64,000 bases of DNA, taken from positions 5,920,001 to 5,984,000 of the forward strand of contig OY761556.1 in assembly GCA_963664705.1 (NCBI GenBank), written 5' to 3'. Origin of the DNA: Acidobacteriota bacterium. GTDB lineage: Bacteria > Acidobacteriota > UBA6911. Under the pieces are notes generated by a model, which worked only from the letters and a program-made list of their open reading frames with translations, was not told the DNA's origin and did no database searches. The translations under genes and the position numbers were made by a program. Shown here piece after piece: positions 48,701 to 57,665 of this stretch (positions are counted from its first letter, which is position 1; every line of letters starts with the position of its first letter).

Positions 48701-49240
48701 GGTCTGGGTTTGGCAACCGTTCACGGGATTGTGGCGCAGCATAGGGGATGGATGGAGGTAGAGAGCCAGCTCGGCCTGGGAACCACATTCCGAGTATTCC
48801 TGCCTGCCGCAGCCGACGTCGTTGTTCCACAGGATGAGCCATCCGGCCCATCCAGCCCCATGCCATGCGGCCACGAGACCATTCTTGTGGTGGAAGATGA
48901 GGACCCGGTTCGGAGAACCATTGTGAAAGCTTTGCAGGCGCTTGGTTATCAAATCCATCAGGCGGCGAACGGACAGGAAGCCATGCGGCTCTGGCAGCTG
49001 CATGGCTCGGACGTGGATCTGCTTCTTACCGATATGGTTTTGCCGGAAGGCATGAACGGATTGGAATTGACCGAACAGTTACAATCGCTTAAACCGGAAT
49101 TGAAGGTCATCATTTCCAGTGGCTATAGCGCCGAAATCGTGCAGGCCGGCCTGCCGCATCGGGATGGGGTAGTATATCTGCCTAAACCCTATGCTACCCA
49201 CACGCTGGCTGAGGCTGTTCGTAAGTGCCTGGATCTCTGA
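45749..49240 (+). CDS. Membrane PAS-GAF-PAS hybrid histidine kinase/response regulator
   Basis: 2 TM helices, PAS, Cys-containing GAF, further PAS domains, AGGVAHDFNN, receiver. Confidence 0.94.
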   Translation: MSDARSLLRMPARAFAARIAFWYAAIGVLWLLCSGWLLHHLIRDNTLELKLEFVSICAFIILTALLLGLALSHYFRGSEARYQALFDQAVDGIVLMAMDGSELKVNRAFARMHGYDAPEEMGSLPMADLVTPEAVRQDPALARSLLAGEALFLEMEHNRKDGTPVQIDSTICRVDLARKPYLLSFHRDISEQKRNERLRALPGEVLRILTDGQVLSDATQRILDAIKKHTGIEALGIRLRQGNDFPYSVADGYSADFLRSENSITARRSDEDSYLDRHGRVRLECTCGLVISGQTDPSNASFTTGGSAWTNDARQLLQIPADQDPRLHPRNRCVHEGFQSLAFIPIRVRDEIIGLLQMSDRRRDCFTLEMIGYLEGLASSFGVALQRLKEEQALRESERRLATLMATLPGMAYRCENLPDWPMSFVSEGCFPLTGYSTSALMSDQPAYGDVIIEADREYVWNSVQQGLQMHQPFELTYRIRSADDRLKWVWERGRGIFGDEDKLLFIEGFISDITERKQAETEIQDSRSFLNSIIEQTPVPMWISDDRGTLIRLNKACCQTLHITPGEVVGKYNIFLDNIVSEQGKMPLIRSVFEEGKTVNFDLDYDSSRITDITLKQTVSLILNITVFPIRDNAGKIANAVIQYIDITEHKRADELLHESLLFRREAEKIGQIGAWKVSPDTDYLYWTEGVYEILKAPLDYKPGLQEGLKLYDLESIPVLQSALLTCLKYGTPFRVEAGVTTMTGQHIWAEVHGLRRLEEGEQAYVMGTFQDITERRRLEEQYRQSQKLEAIGQLAGGVAHDFNNILAALMMQLDLLQMHTELDAETQQALQDMDVEAHRAASLTRQLLMFSRRSVLSVRPLDLNELIANLLRMLGRLIGEQIDMRFNSKAGLPFVEADAGMLEQVLVNLVVNARDAMPRGGNITLSTALAIMSEQEVVANPNRRRGRFICLAVSDTGIGMDTDTVKRVFEPFFTTKEAGKGTGLGLATVHGIVAQHRGWMEVESQLGLGTTFRVFLPAAADVVVPQDEPSGPSSPMPCGHETILVVEDEDPVRRTIVKALQALGYQIHQAANGQEAMRLWQLHGSDVDLLLTDMVLPEGMNGLELTEQLQSLKPELKVIISSGYSAEIVQAGLPHRDGVVYLPKPYATHTLAEAVRKCLDL

Positions 49241-49263
49241 ATGTAGGATTTCAGGCCTGCGTG

Positions 49264-49355
49264 GTATTTGCAGAATTTCAGATTTCAGATTCCAAATTCC
49301 AGACCAGGACCGGGGAGTGCTCACTGGGAGGGCTGGCGTCCCGGCTACGGCCGCA
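49264..49355 (+). repeat. Dispersed ~94-bp repeat with ATT(T/C)CAG heptamers
   Basis: Homologous to units at 53574-53845 and 62701-62780. Confidence 0.8.
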
Positions 49356-49436
49356 TATTATTCGCCCGAGGAAGCTGGAGGCGCGATGCATCTCAGCCCC
49401 AGCATTTGCCCAAGGAAGCCGGAAGCACGATGCTTC

Positions 49437-49637
49437 CCAGCCCCAGGGGGGCGGCTAGAACGTAGCCGGGGGTGAAGCGCAGCGAACCCCCGGATTGGAT
49501 TAGTCATGTAACAAGCCCTGACGGGGCGGCAGAATGCTGACTTTCGCCCCTAGCCGGGGCTCTCTCTCCCGCTTATCGCTACCGGGGGTTCGCTGCGCTT
49601 CACCCCCGGCTACGTTCTTTCGGCCCTCCGGGCCTGG
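49437..49637. repeat. Inverted pair of GTAG-type REP elements (REPIN-like)
   Basis: GAACGTAGCCGGGGGTGAAGCGCAGCGAACCCCCGG (core 49462-49493) and its exact reverse complement (core 49582-49613). Confidence 0.85.
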
Positions 49638-49757
49638 TGTTTTATTCGCGTTGCAGGGATTAGAACAAATTAGTATGTGGCATTAGCAGCACCAGCGACA
49701 TCAGCGCTGTGGAGGCGGCCACGCCCATGCCGGCACTCCCAGTGCCTTCCGCCGATT

Positions 49758-50252
49758 CTATTCCTGCCGGGTGTATACCTGTTTTTGGGTTCGGCTTCCC
49801 AGTTCAGTCGTCGTCGTCGTTTTCGTCACAATCAACACTGCCTTGTCAGCCGAAAGCGCCCACTCTTCTTTCTGACGTGTGTCAACATCGCCGAACGGAG
49901 TTCTCACTTTTCTGGTTTCGTGGATTACCAGTTGATCGCCGTTCATCCTGGCTCGATAGATAATGGAAGCTCCGCCTTCTTCTGCCTGTGCATGGTCATC
50001 CCCATCAAGGGAATAGCTTGTTCTTGTTGCGGGCTTATAGCTCCAGACAGATTCGACGTTCAGCTCCTCATCGGTCTGCGTTACCACCAGATTGACATTG
50101 ATTGGTTCGACTCTGCCATTGAGATTTGCAGCCATTGCATCACTTTGGGCGATATCTCTTGTCCAGTTGCCATTAAAGCCAGGCGAGTCGGACGCCAACG
50201 CGGAAATGCCGAAGCTCAAAATAATGCAAAATACGGGAATTGCGGCTTTCAT
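49758..50252 (-). CDS. Hypothetical secreted beta-barrel protein
   Basis: Signal peptide, FNGNWTRDIAQS, ends QVYTRQE; similar in style to the 19285 protein. Confidence 0.75.
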   Translation of the reverse strand: MKAAIPVFCIILSFGISALASDSPGFNGNWTRDIAQSDAMAANLNGRVEPINVNLVVTQTDEELNVESVWSYKPATRTSYSLDGDDHAQAEEGGASIIYRARMNGDQLVIHETRKVRTPFGDVDTRQKEEWALSADKAVLIVTKTTTTTELGSRTQKQVYTRQE

Positions 50253-50345
50253 AAGTCTCCTTCATTGCTGGGTATTTTGTGAAATAACAAACGATTCAGC
50301 GTTAAAGGATGGACTGGCCGCGGAAAAAGTTTGCTTAAAATGCGA

Positions 50346-51449
50346 TTATGTATGGAAATTGGCTGGATCAATGATGCGAATTGCGTCGTCCAGCTTATAC
50401 CGGCAGCGCTGGCAGAATTCCAGGTCGATGTGACCGTCGCGGCCGAAATGCTGCCGCAATTCCCTGGCCCGTTCTCCATGCCAGACTTCGCGGAAGGAGC
50501 GTGTCTGAAAGACATTCCCCAATCTCTGTTGGCCGGTATGGTCACATTCGCAAACGAGCAGCGTTCCATCGTAGCGAAGCGTGGGCCATGACCACGGCTT
50601 GGTGCAGAGGTTCGGCATTTTGCGGTAGGTTTCAGCCTCCGCGACTCCCTGGTATTGGAAGGAGCGATAGGCTTTGTTCTCGGGGAGCCGCACATCGCGC
50701 GGATCATCGTCGTAGTAGAGGCTGACGCTTTTCACGGAAAAGAAATCGGCTCCATCCTCTTTCGCCACTCTCTGGACATCTTCCACCTCCTGTTCATTGT
50801 CGGCAGTAGCAATAATGCGCAGGTTGATGAAAGGCTTTGGCTGATTCAGATCACGCTTTGCCTCGGCTGCCGCTCGAGTGAATCGGCGCACCAGGTCCAC
50901 GCTTCCTCCCTGGCGGAACTTCCGGTATACGTCCTGGGATGCGCCATCCATGGAGATAATCAGCAAGTCCAAACCGGCACTAAACAATCCCTTGAGATCA
51001 GCCGAGGAGGGATCGATCTGGCCGTTTGTGCTGATCATGGTCATGATCCCATAACGGTGGGCAAGCTTCACCATGTCGATTATTTTCGGGTGAAGCAGAG
51101 GTTCTCCCCATTGCCAAAGAGCAATTGCCAACAGGTAGGGGCCCAGCTCGCGCATCACTCTTTCATAGTTTGAAAAATCCATATGGCCGAGCGATTGCCC
51201 ACTGTTCGCACGGATCCGTGGACACAGAGCGCAGTCCAGCTGGCATTGACTGGTTGCTTCCAGTTGAAGCGCGAAAGGAAAGGATCGCGCATTTGCCCGG
51301 CGCGTCCCGGCTTCGAAGCGACTTCGGATGAAATTGACCCGCTGAGAGAGGCTGAGCTGCCGGTTATACAGCAGCCGGTCATAGGATAATGGATAGCTTC
51401 CCCCGAAAAGCATTTTGGCAAGCCGACTCATCCGCACCAGCGTATTCAT
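50346..51449 (-). CDS. Radical SAM protein with SPASM/Twitch domain
   Basis: CQLDCALC, WGEPLLHP, STNG, ISMDG, CTKPW...DGTLLVCECD...LGN...FCQRC. Confidence 0.92.
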   Translation of the reverse strand: MNTLVRMSRLAKMLFGGSYPLSYDRLLYNRQLSLSQRVNFIRSRFEAGTRRANARSFPFALQLEATSQCQLDCALCPRIRANSGQSLGHMDFSNYERVMRELGPYLLAIALWQWGEPLLHPKIIDMVKLAHRYGIMTMISTNGQIDPSSADLKGLFSAGLDLLIISMDGASQDVYRKFRQGGSVDLVRRFTRAAAEAKRDLNQPKPFINLRIIATADNEQEVEDVQRVAKEDGADFFSVKSVSLYYDDDPRDVRLPENKAYRSFQYQGVAEAETYRKMPNLCTKPWSWPTLRYDGTLLVCECDHTGQQRLGNVFQTRSFREVWHGERARELRQHFGRDGHIDLEFCQRCRYKLDDAIRIIDPANFHT

Positions 51450-52333
51450 GGCAAAAGCTCTCCTGCATGACGAAGATCATCCTCGATCTGACCGATAGTC
51501 GCATGCGAGTAGTCCACTTCAAGAATTACGGGAAGGTCCCGCCATCTGCCGCCATAATCCCGCGGCAGACGCAGATCAATTTTCCCATGACGCAATCTTC
51601 GATGTGCCACGCGTCCATTGTGATTATGAAGGTGAATACAGGCGATCTCTGATTCAAACGAATGTAAAACCTGATGCCATGCATTTGCGAACTCGACCGG
51701 AAGACCTTTCTTCAATGCAAAAGGATAGGGAGATATCCGGTCATTCAGCGCATAGGCCATTCTGGTCATAAGAGATGTTGGGTATCGGCGTTCGAACAGA
51801 TGGCCCAGATCCAGGCACAGTTTTATGGAATTTTCTGAAAGCAATGTCCGGATCTCACCCGGATTCCACAGGTCATCGGCATTTTCCAGGCAAAAGACCA
51901 GTCCCTGTGTCGCAGCTTGTCTGCCGAGCCGCACCAGCACTTCGCTCCAGGCTTGAAGCTCTTTTGCGCGCGATGCATTTTCGACCTGGCGCCCCCGGGC
52001 ATGGAAAACCGCATAATCCGCTTTGGCCTGCGCGGCAAACAGGAGCGAATCCTCGAGAATATTCAGGCTCGCTTCGGCAATGCGCGGATTAGTGGAGATG
52101 GGATTCATATCCATGAAGGGAAGGTGGATTCCCAGCCTGGCGACCGAGGAACGAAGCTCTTTCACCTTGTCCAGGGAAGCTTTCTCCCACGGCCAGAGCG
52201 CGGGAGGATATAGCGTACGCTCCAGGTGAACCTCGCAGGCGGGAATGGAGAATCGTGCCTGCAGCCGCCGAAATATTTCGGCGGCTTCGTCGAAATTGTT
52301 GCCGGGCAACATTCCCAGTTGAATGCCAATCAT
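51446..52333 (-). CDS. Sugar phosphate isomerase/epimerase (xylose isomerase-like TIM barrel)
   Basis: IHLPFMD, VFH, CLEN, CLDLGH, HLHNH, VILE; ATGA overlaps with both neighbours. Confidence 0.85.
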   Translation of the reverse strand: MIGIQLGMLPGNNFDEAAEIFRRLQARFSIPACEVHLERTLYPPALWPWEKASLDKVKELRSSVARLGIHLPFMDMNPISTNPRIAEASLNILEDSLLFAAQAKADYAVFHARGRQVENASRAKELQAWSEVLVRLGRQAATQGLVFCLENADDLWNPGEIRTLLSENSIKLCLDLGHLFERRYPTSLMTRMAYALNDRISPYPFALKKGLPVEFANAWHQVLHSFESEIACIHLHNHNGRVAHRRLRHGKIDLRLPRDYGGRWRDLPVILEVDYSHATIGQIEDDLRHAGELLP

Positions 52334-53484
52334 AGGATTCGCCTTGTGGCTGCGACCGTTTCGTAGCACTTCAGCGTTTCGGCCGCGGCTTTTTCCCAGG
52401 TGAAGCGCTGTCGTTGCATATATCCAAGTCTTGCCATCTCTTTTCTCCGAGTAGCGTTTTGCCGGAGCTCTTCCATGGCGCGAAATATCTCACTGCCATC
52501 GGGATGAGGGCTCAGATACAGAGCCGCTTCGCCCAATAATTCAGGCAAACTTGAATTACGGCTGACAATCACAGGAACTCCGAATTCCATTGCCTCCAAA
52601 GGAGGAATGCCAAATCCCTCGTAAAGGGATGGATAGATCATCCAGTCTGCCTGCGCGTAAATCGCGCCAAGCTGGTGCCGGTTCACCTGTCCCAGAAGCA
52701 GGATATCATCCGCATATTGTTTTAGTGCCGCGTGATTGAGAATCCGGCCGGTTTTCCACCCCATCGAGCCTATGCACACCAGTTGGTGAGGATAACCGTT
52801 TCGTTTCGCCAGCGCAAAAGCATCGAATAGCGCCTCGTGGTTTTTTCTGGGCTCAATCGTGGAAACGTTCAGCATATAGGGCTTGCGAATCCCAAGAGAT
52901 GCTAGTGAATAGGCGTTGTCCGGGACGACATTTCCAACGAAGGTTTGTCCGGCGCCCGGGATTACCTTGATCTTGTCGGCGAGCTCGGGATGAAAATGGC
53001 AAATATCCTTTTTCGTGTGATCGGATACCGCGATGACAGCGGTCGCATTTTTCAAATTTCGCCAGACATAAGTGCGGAAAATGCGGTTGAATCGGGCGGT
53101 GTGTTTATCCGGAAGAATCAGCGGCACCAGGTCGTGGACGGTCACAACGAACGGAATCCCGGTAAAGCGCAGCGCCGGTTGGTCCGGATGATGCTCATGC
53201 AACAAATCCAGGCGATGTTTCCGGATGACCCAGTCACGCCAAAGTCCGGAATGTCGCACTCCGTGATGAAGCCAATGGAATGGAGATACAAGAATATGAA
53301 CACGAGGATGGCTGATTGGGGCAGGGCCAGGCTTATTGCGAATGAGGTAGTATTGGTTCTTCGATTCAAGCGAAAGCATGACTCGAAGCAGTTCCTGTAA
53401 ATAGACTCCTACTCCGCCATTGGGAATGATGTCCCCGCTCAATTCCGTTGATCTGAAGGAGTCGATGTTAAATCCTATCTTCAT
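52330..53484 (-). CDS. Glycosyltransferase family 4
   Basis: VVTVHDL, STIEPRKNH, PSLYEGFGIPPLEAM. Confidence 0.93.
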   Translation of the reverse strand: MKIGFNIDSFRSTELSGDIIPNGGVGVYLQELLRVMLSLESKNQYYLIRNKPGPAPISHPRVHILVSPFHWLHHGVRHSGLWRDWVIRKHRLDLLHEHHPDQPALRFTGIPFVVTVHDLVPLILPDKHTARFNRIFRTYVWRNLKNATAVIAVSDHTKKDICHFHPELADKIKVIPGAGQTFVGNVVPDNAYSLASLGIRKPYMLNVSTIEPRKNHEALFDAFALAKRNGYPHQLVCIGSMGWKTGRILNHAALKQYADDILLLGQVNRHQLGAIYAQADWMIYPSLYEGFGIPPLEAMEFGVPVIVSRNSSLPELLGEAALYLSPHPDGSEIFRAMEELRQNATRRKEMARLGYMQRQRFTWEKAAAETLKCYETVAATRRIL

Positions 53485-53573
53485 TCCGTTTGCAGCATTT
53501 CAAAAGTGAGGGATTGCCGGTCATTCGGCAGGGGAATTTTGATAAAAACGGATGCGTTAATCAATCAACAAAT

Positions 53574-53845
53574 GTATTTGTGGAATTCCAGATTTCAGAT
53601 TCCAGATTCCAGATCAAGGCCGGGAAATACTTACTGGGAGGGGCTGCGCCCCGGCTACGGTTGCACGGTATTTGTGGAATTCCAGATTTCAGATTTCAGA
53701 TTCCAGACCAAGACCGGGGAATACTTACTGGGAGGGTTGGCGTCCCGACTACGGTTGCATGGTGTTTGTGGAATTTCAGATTCCAGATTTCAGATTCCAA
53801 ACCAAGGCCGGGGAGCACTTACTGGGGAGCGCCGCCGTCCGCCCA
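53574..53845 (+). repeat. Tandem array of three ~94-bp units
   Basis: Units start at 53574, 53668 and 53762: GT(A/G)TTTGTGGAATT + ATT(T/C)CAG heptamers + CCGGG..ACTTACTGGG.. tail. Confidence 0.9.
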
Positions 53846-53890
53846 AGGCCCCATATTATTTGCTCTAATCCCTGGGACGCGAGCGAAGCA

Positions 53891-54015
53891 CCAGGCCCGG
53901 AGGGCCGAAAGCGAGTAGCCGGGGGTGAGCGCTTTTTGCGAACCCCCGGTTGGAATGAAGCATAATAAGAGCCCAGAAGGGGCGAAAGATCGGCTTTCTG
54001 CCGCCCCTCCGGTGC
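53891..54015. repeat. GTAG-type REP-like element
   Basis: CCAGGCCCGGAGGGCCGAAAG is the reverse complement of 49617-49637; core GTAGCCGGGGGTGAGCG...GCGAACCCCCGG at 53915-53949. Confidence 0.8.
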
Positions 54016-54208
54016 CGCGACGGCCAATGCCGCATATATTGCCCAAGAACTTTGCCGGTGAGACGGCGCCCGGTGGATTCCCCGTCGCATGATGAGTACT
54101 TCTACGTATTCTTTCGGAATAACATTTGTGCTTTTATTAGCCAGTCCATTCACTGTTTGGGTGATGCATCACGTTTGTCTGGAATGACTGAAAGGCAGTA
54201 GCAATAGC

Positions 54209-56032
54209 ATGTCCCGCAGTAAGCTTTTGGTTCGCAATGCCACAAGTCATAAGCAGTTCGAAGTGCGGCAGGATTTGATGTCCGACATTCTTCGCATTTT
54301 GAACCGGGAGCACAGAGGCATCGCGGACTCGGTTCGAGAGGTCGTCGGGCTTATCCGGCAATATACCGGATTTGACGCGGTTGGCGTGCGCATGCGCCAG
54401 GGAGATGACTATCCTTATTATGAACAGAACGGGTTTCCCGGCGATTTTGTCGGCAAGGAAAACCTGCTGTGTAAAAGAGCATGCGATGGATCCATGGTCC
54501 GGGATAACACAGGACAGCCGGTTTTCGAATGTACCTGTGGACTGGTGCTCTCGGGGAAGACAGATCCGGCTTTGCCCTTTTTTACCGTGAACGGAAGTTT
54601 CTGGACCAATTGCGCATCCGCACTGCTTTCAGTCCCGGGCCATGCAGATCCCAGAATGGATCCCAGGAATACCTGCATTCACGAAGGATATCAATCCTTT
54701 GCTCTCATCCCAATCCGGTCCGGGCCGGAAATCGTAGGACTTTTGCAGCTCAATGATCGACGGGAAGGGCAATTCAGCCCTGAATCCATTCAATTCTTTG
54801 AAGGCCTGGGGGATCAGTTCGGACTGGCATTGAAACGCATTCAGGTTCAGGCAGAACTGAAGGCGCTGAATGCATCGCTCGAGGAGCGAGTGGCGATGCG
54901 CACAGCAGAATCGGAGCAGCGCGCCGAGCAGCTTCGACTGCTTGCTGCCGAATTAACCATGGTTGAAGAACGGGAACGGCAGCGGCTCGCTGAGGTTCTT
55001 CATGATGGGCTGCAGCAGATCCTGGCTGGCGCCAAATATCAGTTGGCTGCCGTCGAAGCCGGCAGTCAAAAAAGAAAGGCCGTCGCGGAAGTCGCTTCTC
55101 TGATCGATGCTGCTATTGAGACATCACGATCATTAACGGCAGAGCTCAGCCCGCCAATTCTCCACCAGAGTGGGTTTGTCGCGGGATTGAGATGGCTGCG
55201 GGACTGGATGCACGACAGGCACGGCTTTCGGGTGCAATTGCTTATCGATGGCAGTTTCGGTTGTCTCCCTGCGGAAATCTCCGTTTTCCTTTTCAACGGG
55301 GCGAGAGAGCTTTTGTTTAATGTGACAAAGCATGCGCACACGGATTTCGCGCGGGTTGAGGTGTTCAGAGCTGGCGGAAATATCCGGGTGGTTGTGGATG
55401 ATAATGGGACCGGCTTCGACCAAACCCGGCTTCGCTCTGAAGGAGGCTGTTGTGGCGGCTTCGGCCTTTTCAAACTGAATGAGCGGCTTTCAATGCTGGG
55501 CGGGAAGATGATTGTCGAAAGTAGCCCGGACACAGGAAGTCGAGTGACGTTGATCCTTCCGGAAACTGGAATCGCCGGGAGCGCTGCCGGCTGTGCGGAT
55601 GAGGTCATTGCCTCGGACTTATCCGGCCCCAATGGTGGATCGGCAGACTGGAAGCCTGATAGGAAAAAGACCCGGATCATTCTGGTTGATGACCATTCAG
55701 TGATGAGGCATGGACTTGCCGTCATGCTGCGGGAGCACCCTGATTTTGAGATTCTGGGCGAAGCTTCCGATGGAGAAGCAGGGATCAGCCTGGTGCGGCA
55801 GCTCAAACCCGATGTAGTCCTAATGGATATCAGCATGCCTGGAATGAACGGGATCGAAGCGACACAAGTGATTCACTCCGAACATCCGGAAATCAGCGTC
55901 ATCGGTCTTTCGATGTTTCGCGAAGGCGAGCAGGCTGCCGCGATGAAGAGCGCCGGCGCCGTGAATTACGTGGCTAAAAGTGATCCACCCGAAAATATCA
56001 TTTCCGCTATTCAGGCTTGCGCTCTGCATTAG
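54209..56032 (+). CDS. GAF-domain HisKA_3 hybrid histidine kinase/response regulator
   Basis: Cys-containing GAF, ERQRLAEVLHDGLQQ, GFGL, receiver VDDHSVMRHG. Confidence 0.92.
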   Translation: MSRSKLLVRNATSHKQFEVRQDLMSDILRILNREHRGIADSVREVVGLIRQYTGFDAVGVRMRQGDDYPYYEQNGFPGDFVGKENLLCKRACDGSMVRDNTGQPVFECTCGLVLSGKTDPALPFFTVNGSFWTNCASALLSVPGHADPRMDPRNTCIHEGYQSFALIPIRSGPEIVGLLQLNDRREGQFSPESIQFFEGLGDQFGLALKRIQVQAELKALNASLEERVAMRTAESEQRAEQLRLLAAELTMVEERERQRLAEVLHDGLQQILAGAKYQLAAVEAGSQKRKAVAEVASLIDAAIETSRSLTAELSPPILHQSGFVAGLRWLRDWMHDRHGFRVQLLIDGSFGCLPAEISVFLFNGARELLFNVTKHAHTDFARVEVFRAGGNIRVVVDDNGTGFDQTRLRSEGGCCGGFGLFKLNERLSMLGGKMIVESSPDTGSRVTLILPETGIAGSAAGCADEVIASDLSGPNGGSADWKPDRKKTRIILVDDHSVMRHGLAVMLREHPDFEILGEASDGEAGISLVRQLKPDVVLMDISMPGMNGIEATQVIHSEHPEISVIGLSMFREGEQAAAMKSAGAVNYVAKSDPPENIISAIQACALH

Positions 56033-56195
56033 CGGCCTTGGTTTTTCCTGCCTGATAGGCGGCATCCATCAGTTGCTGGGCATACATCGAGAGTTCGTCC
56101 TGCCGGGCAATCGTCACCGGCAGCTCGCGGATCAGGTTTTCAAGCAGCTCAAAAGCCAGGTTCATGGCGTTTACGGCCTGTTCATGTTCAGTCAT
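56007..56195 (-). CDS. Small helical hypothetical protein
   Basis: 62-aa ORF with GGAG RBS and protein-like composition; short 3' overlap with the kinase. Confidence 0.45.
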   Translation of the reverse strand: MTEHEQAVNAMNLAFELLENLIRELPVTIARQDELSMYAQQLMDAAYQAGKTKAANAERKPE

Positions 56196-56290
56196 GGTGT
56201 CGCTCCATCAGAGTAAATTTCTGCGTTTTTCTCCCGTGTTTCCCGTTCATACCTTGCTAATATACACATCCCTGTGAATTGAGAATAGAT

Positions 56291-57559
56291 ATGGCAAGTG
56301 CCCAACCCGCTCCGACTGTTTCTTCCGTTCGCAATGGCTTGCCGATGCTGTATATGGCAGAGGCGTCCAATGCAATTGCGGCCATACTTCTTGTTGTAGG
56401 GCTGTCCTTCTACACCAGCCACCGGTTCGGGTGGGGTGCGCGGGAAAATTTTTCCGTAGCTGCACTCCAGGGGGGATTGTACATGTTCGGAGCGCTGCTT
56501 GCGCAACGAGTGTCCGTGCGCTGGGGGCGCGAGAAAGCTCTGCCTCGACTCTATGCCGGGATGACCCTGTTTGCGATCGCCGTTGCGATTAGCGCCTCAA
56601 TGCACTGGGCTGTCCTGACAGCATTGCTTGCGGTAGTGGAAACAGGATTGGTTGCTGTCTCCTGGCCGATGCTGCAAAGCCTTGTTTCTGCATCGGGCAA
56701 GGCATCGAGTCTTTCCCGGCGGCTTGGTTTGTACAACATCATATGGTCGGCTCTGGGAGCTTTCGCTGTGGCGGGAAGTGGAGCGGTTATTCAGCATGCT
56801 CCAGCCTGGGCATTCTTCGGAATCATTGCTGTCGGGCACTTTCTTGCCGGGATTTTGATTCTTTGCCGCACGCGGTCTGTACCGAAAGCATCTGAGCTCG
56901 CAGAGGAGGATGCGGATATTCCAGTCCGGGTTCGCGCTGAACGCCCCGATGCCGCTACGATGCGCATTCATCGTTTGGCACTCTGGCTTTCCCGCATTGC
57001 TCTTCCCTCGACCTACGTCGCTGTTTACAGCATTTCTCCCGCGATCCCGTCACTTCATGCAATCAGACAGTTGACTCCTACGATCGCTACAATTGTGGGG
57101 AGCGCCTGGCTGATTGGGCGTGCTCTCGCGTTTGTCTTTACGGCCGGGACCGAATTTTGGCACAAGCGGCCGGGCCTCATATTCATCTCCTCCGTTGCCA
57201 TGCTGTTCGCCTTTGTGGGGACCATTGTACCGGGAGCCCTGACCGGGCTGAGTTTGGAGCGGGCTTTGTTAGCCATGATCATTGCGCAAATGCTGTTTGG
57301 CTTTTCCATCGGGACTATTTATGCCGCGAGCCTGTATTTCGGGATGGCGGTGAGCGAGGGAAGTACACGGCATGGTGGATATCATGAGGCGCTCATCGGG
57401 TTGGGACAGGTCATCGGACCTCTGGTGGGTGCAACGATGCAGTGGATCTACCCCGGCACGCTGTGGCCGGCAGTCGCAGGGATATCCGGCCTGGTTTTGA
57501 TTACCGTGCTGATCGAAGCTGTGGTCGGAGTTCGTGCTGCCCGTGAAGCAAGAGTCTGA
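56291..57559 (+). CDS. MFS transporter
   Basis: About 12 hydrophobic helices; GGYHEALIGLGQVIGP. Confidence 0.85.
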   Translation: MASAQPAPTVSSVRNGLPMLYMAEASNAIAAILLVVGLSFYTSHRFGWGARENFSVAALQGGLYMFGALLAQRVSVRWGREKALPRLYAGMTLFAIAVAISASMHWAVLTALLAVVETGLVAVSWPMLQSLVSASGKASSLSRRLGLYNIIWSALGAFAVAGSGAVIQHAPAWAFFGIIAVGHFLAGILILCRTRSVPKASELAEEDADIPVRVRAERPDAATMRIHRLALWLSRIALPSTYVAVYSISPAIPSLHAIRQLTPTIATIVGSAWLIGRALAFVFTAGTEFWHKRPGLIFISSVAMLFAFVGTIVPGALTGLSLERALLAMIIAQMLFGFSIGTIYAASLYFGMAVSEGSTRHGGYHEALIGLGQVIGPLVGATMQWIYPGTLWPAVAGISGLVLITVLIEAVVGVRAAREARV

Positions 57560-57665
57560 ACTCCCGGGGAATGCATCCTGCCGGAGAATTCCAAACCGCA
57601 TTTGTGATTTCCTTCTTCGTGTCATATAGTGGTCGCATTTCCTGGACGCGTTCAGAAGGAGCCAC

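Noticed and set aside
53574-53845. 94-bp array as CRISPR
   Set aside because: Similarity extends across the entire unit, so there is no repeat-spacer alternation; no cas genes nearby.
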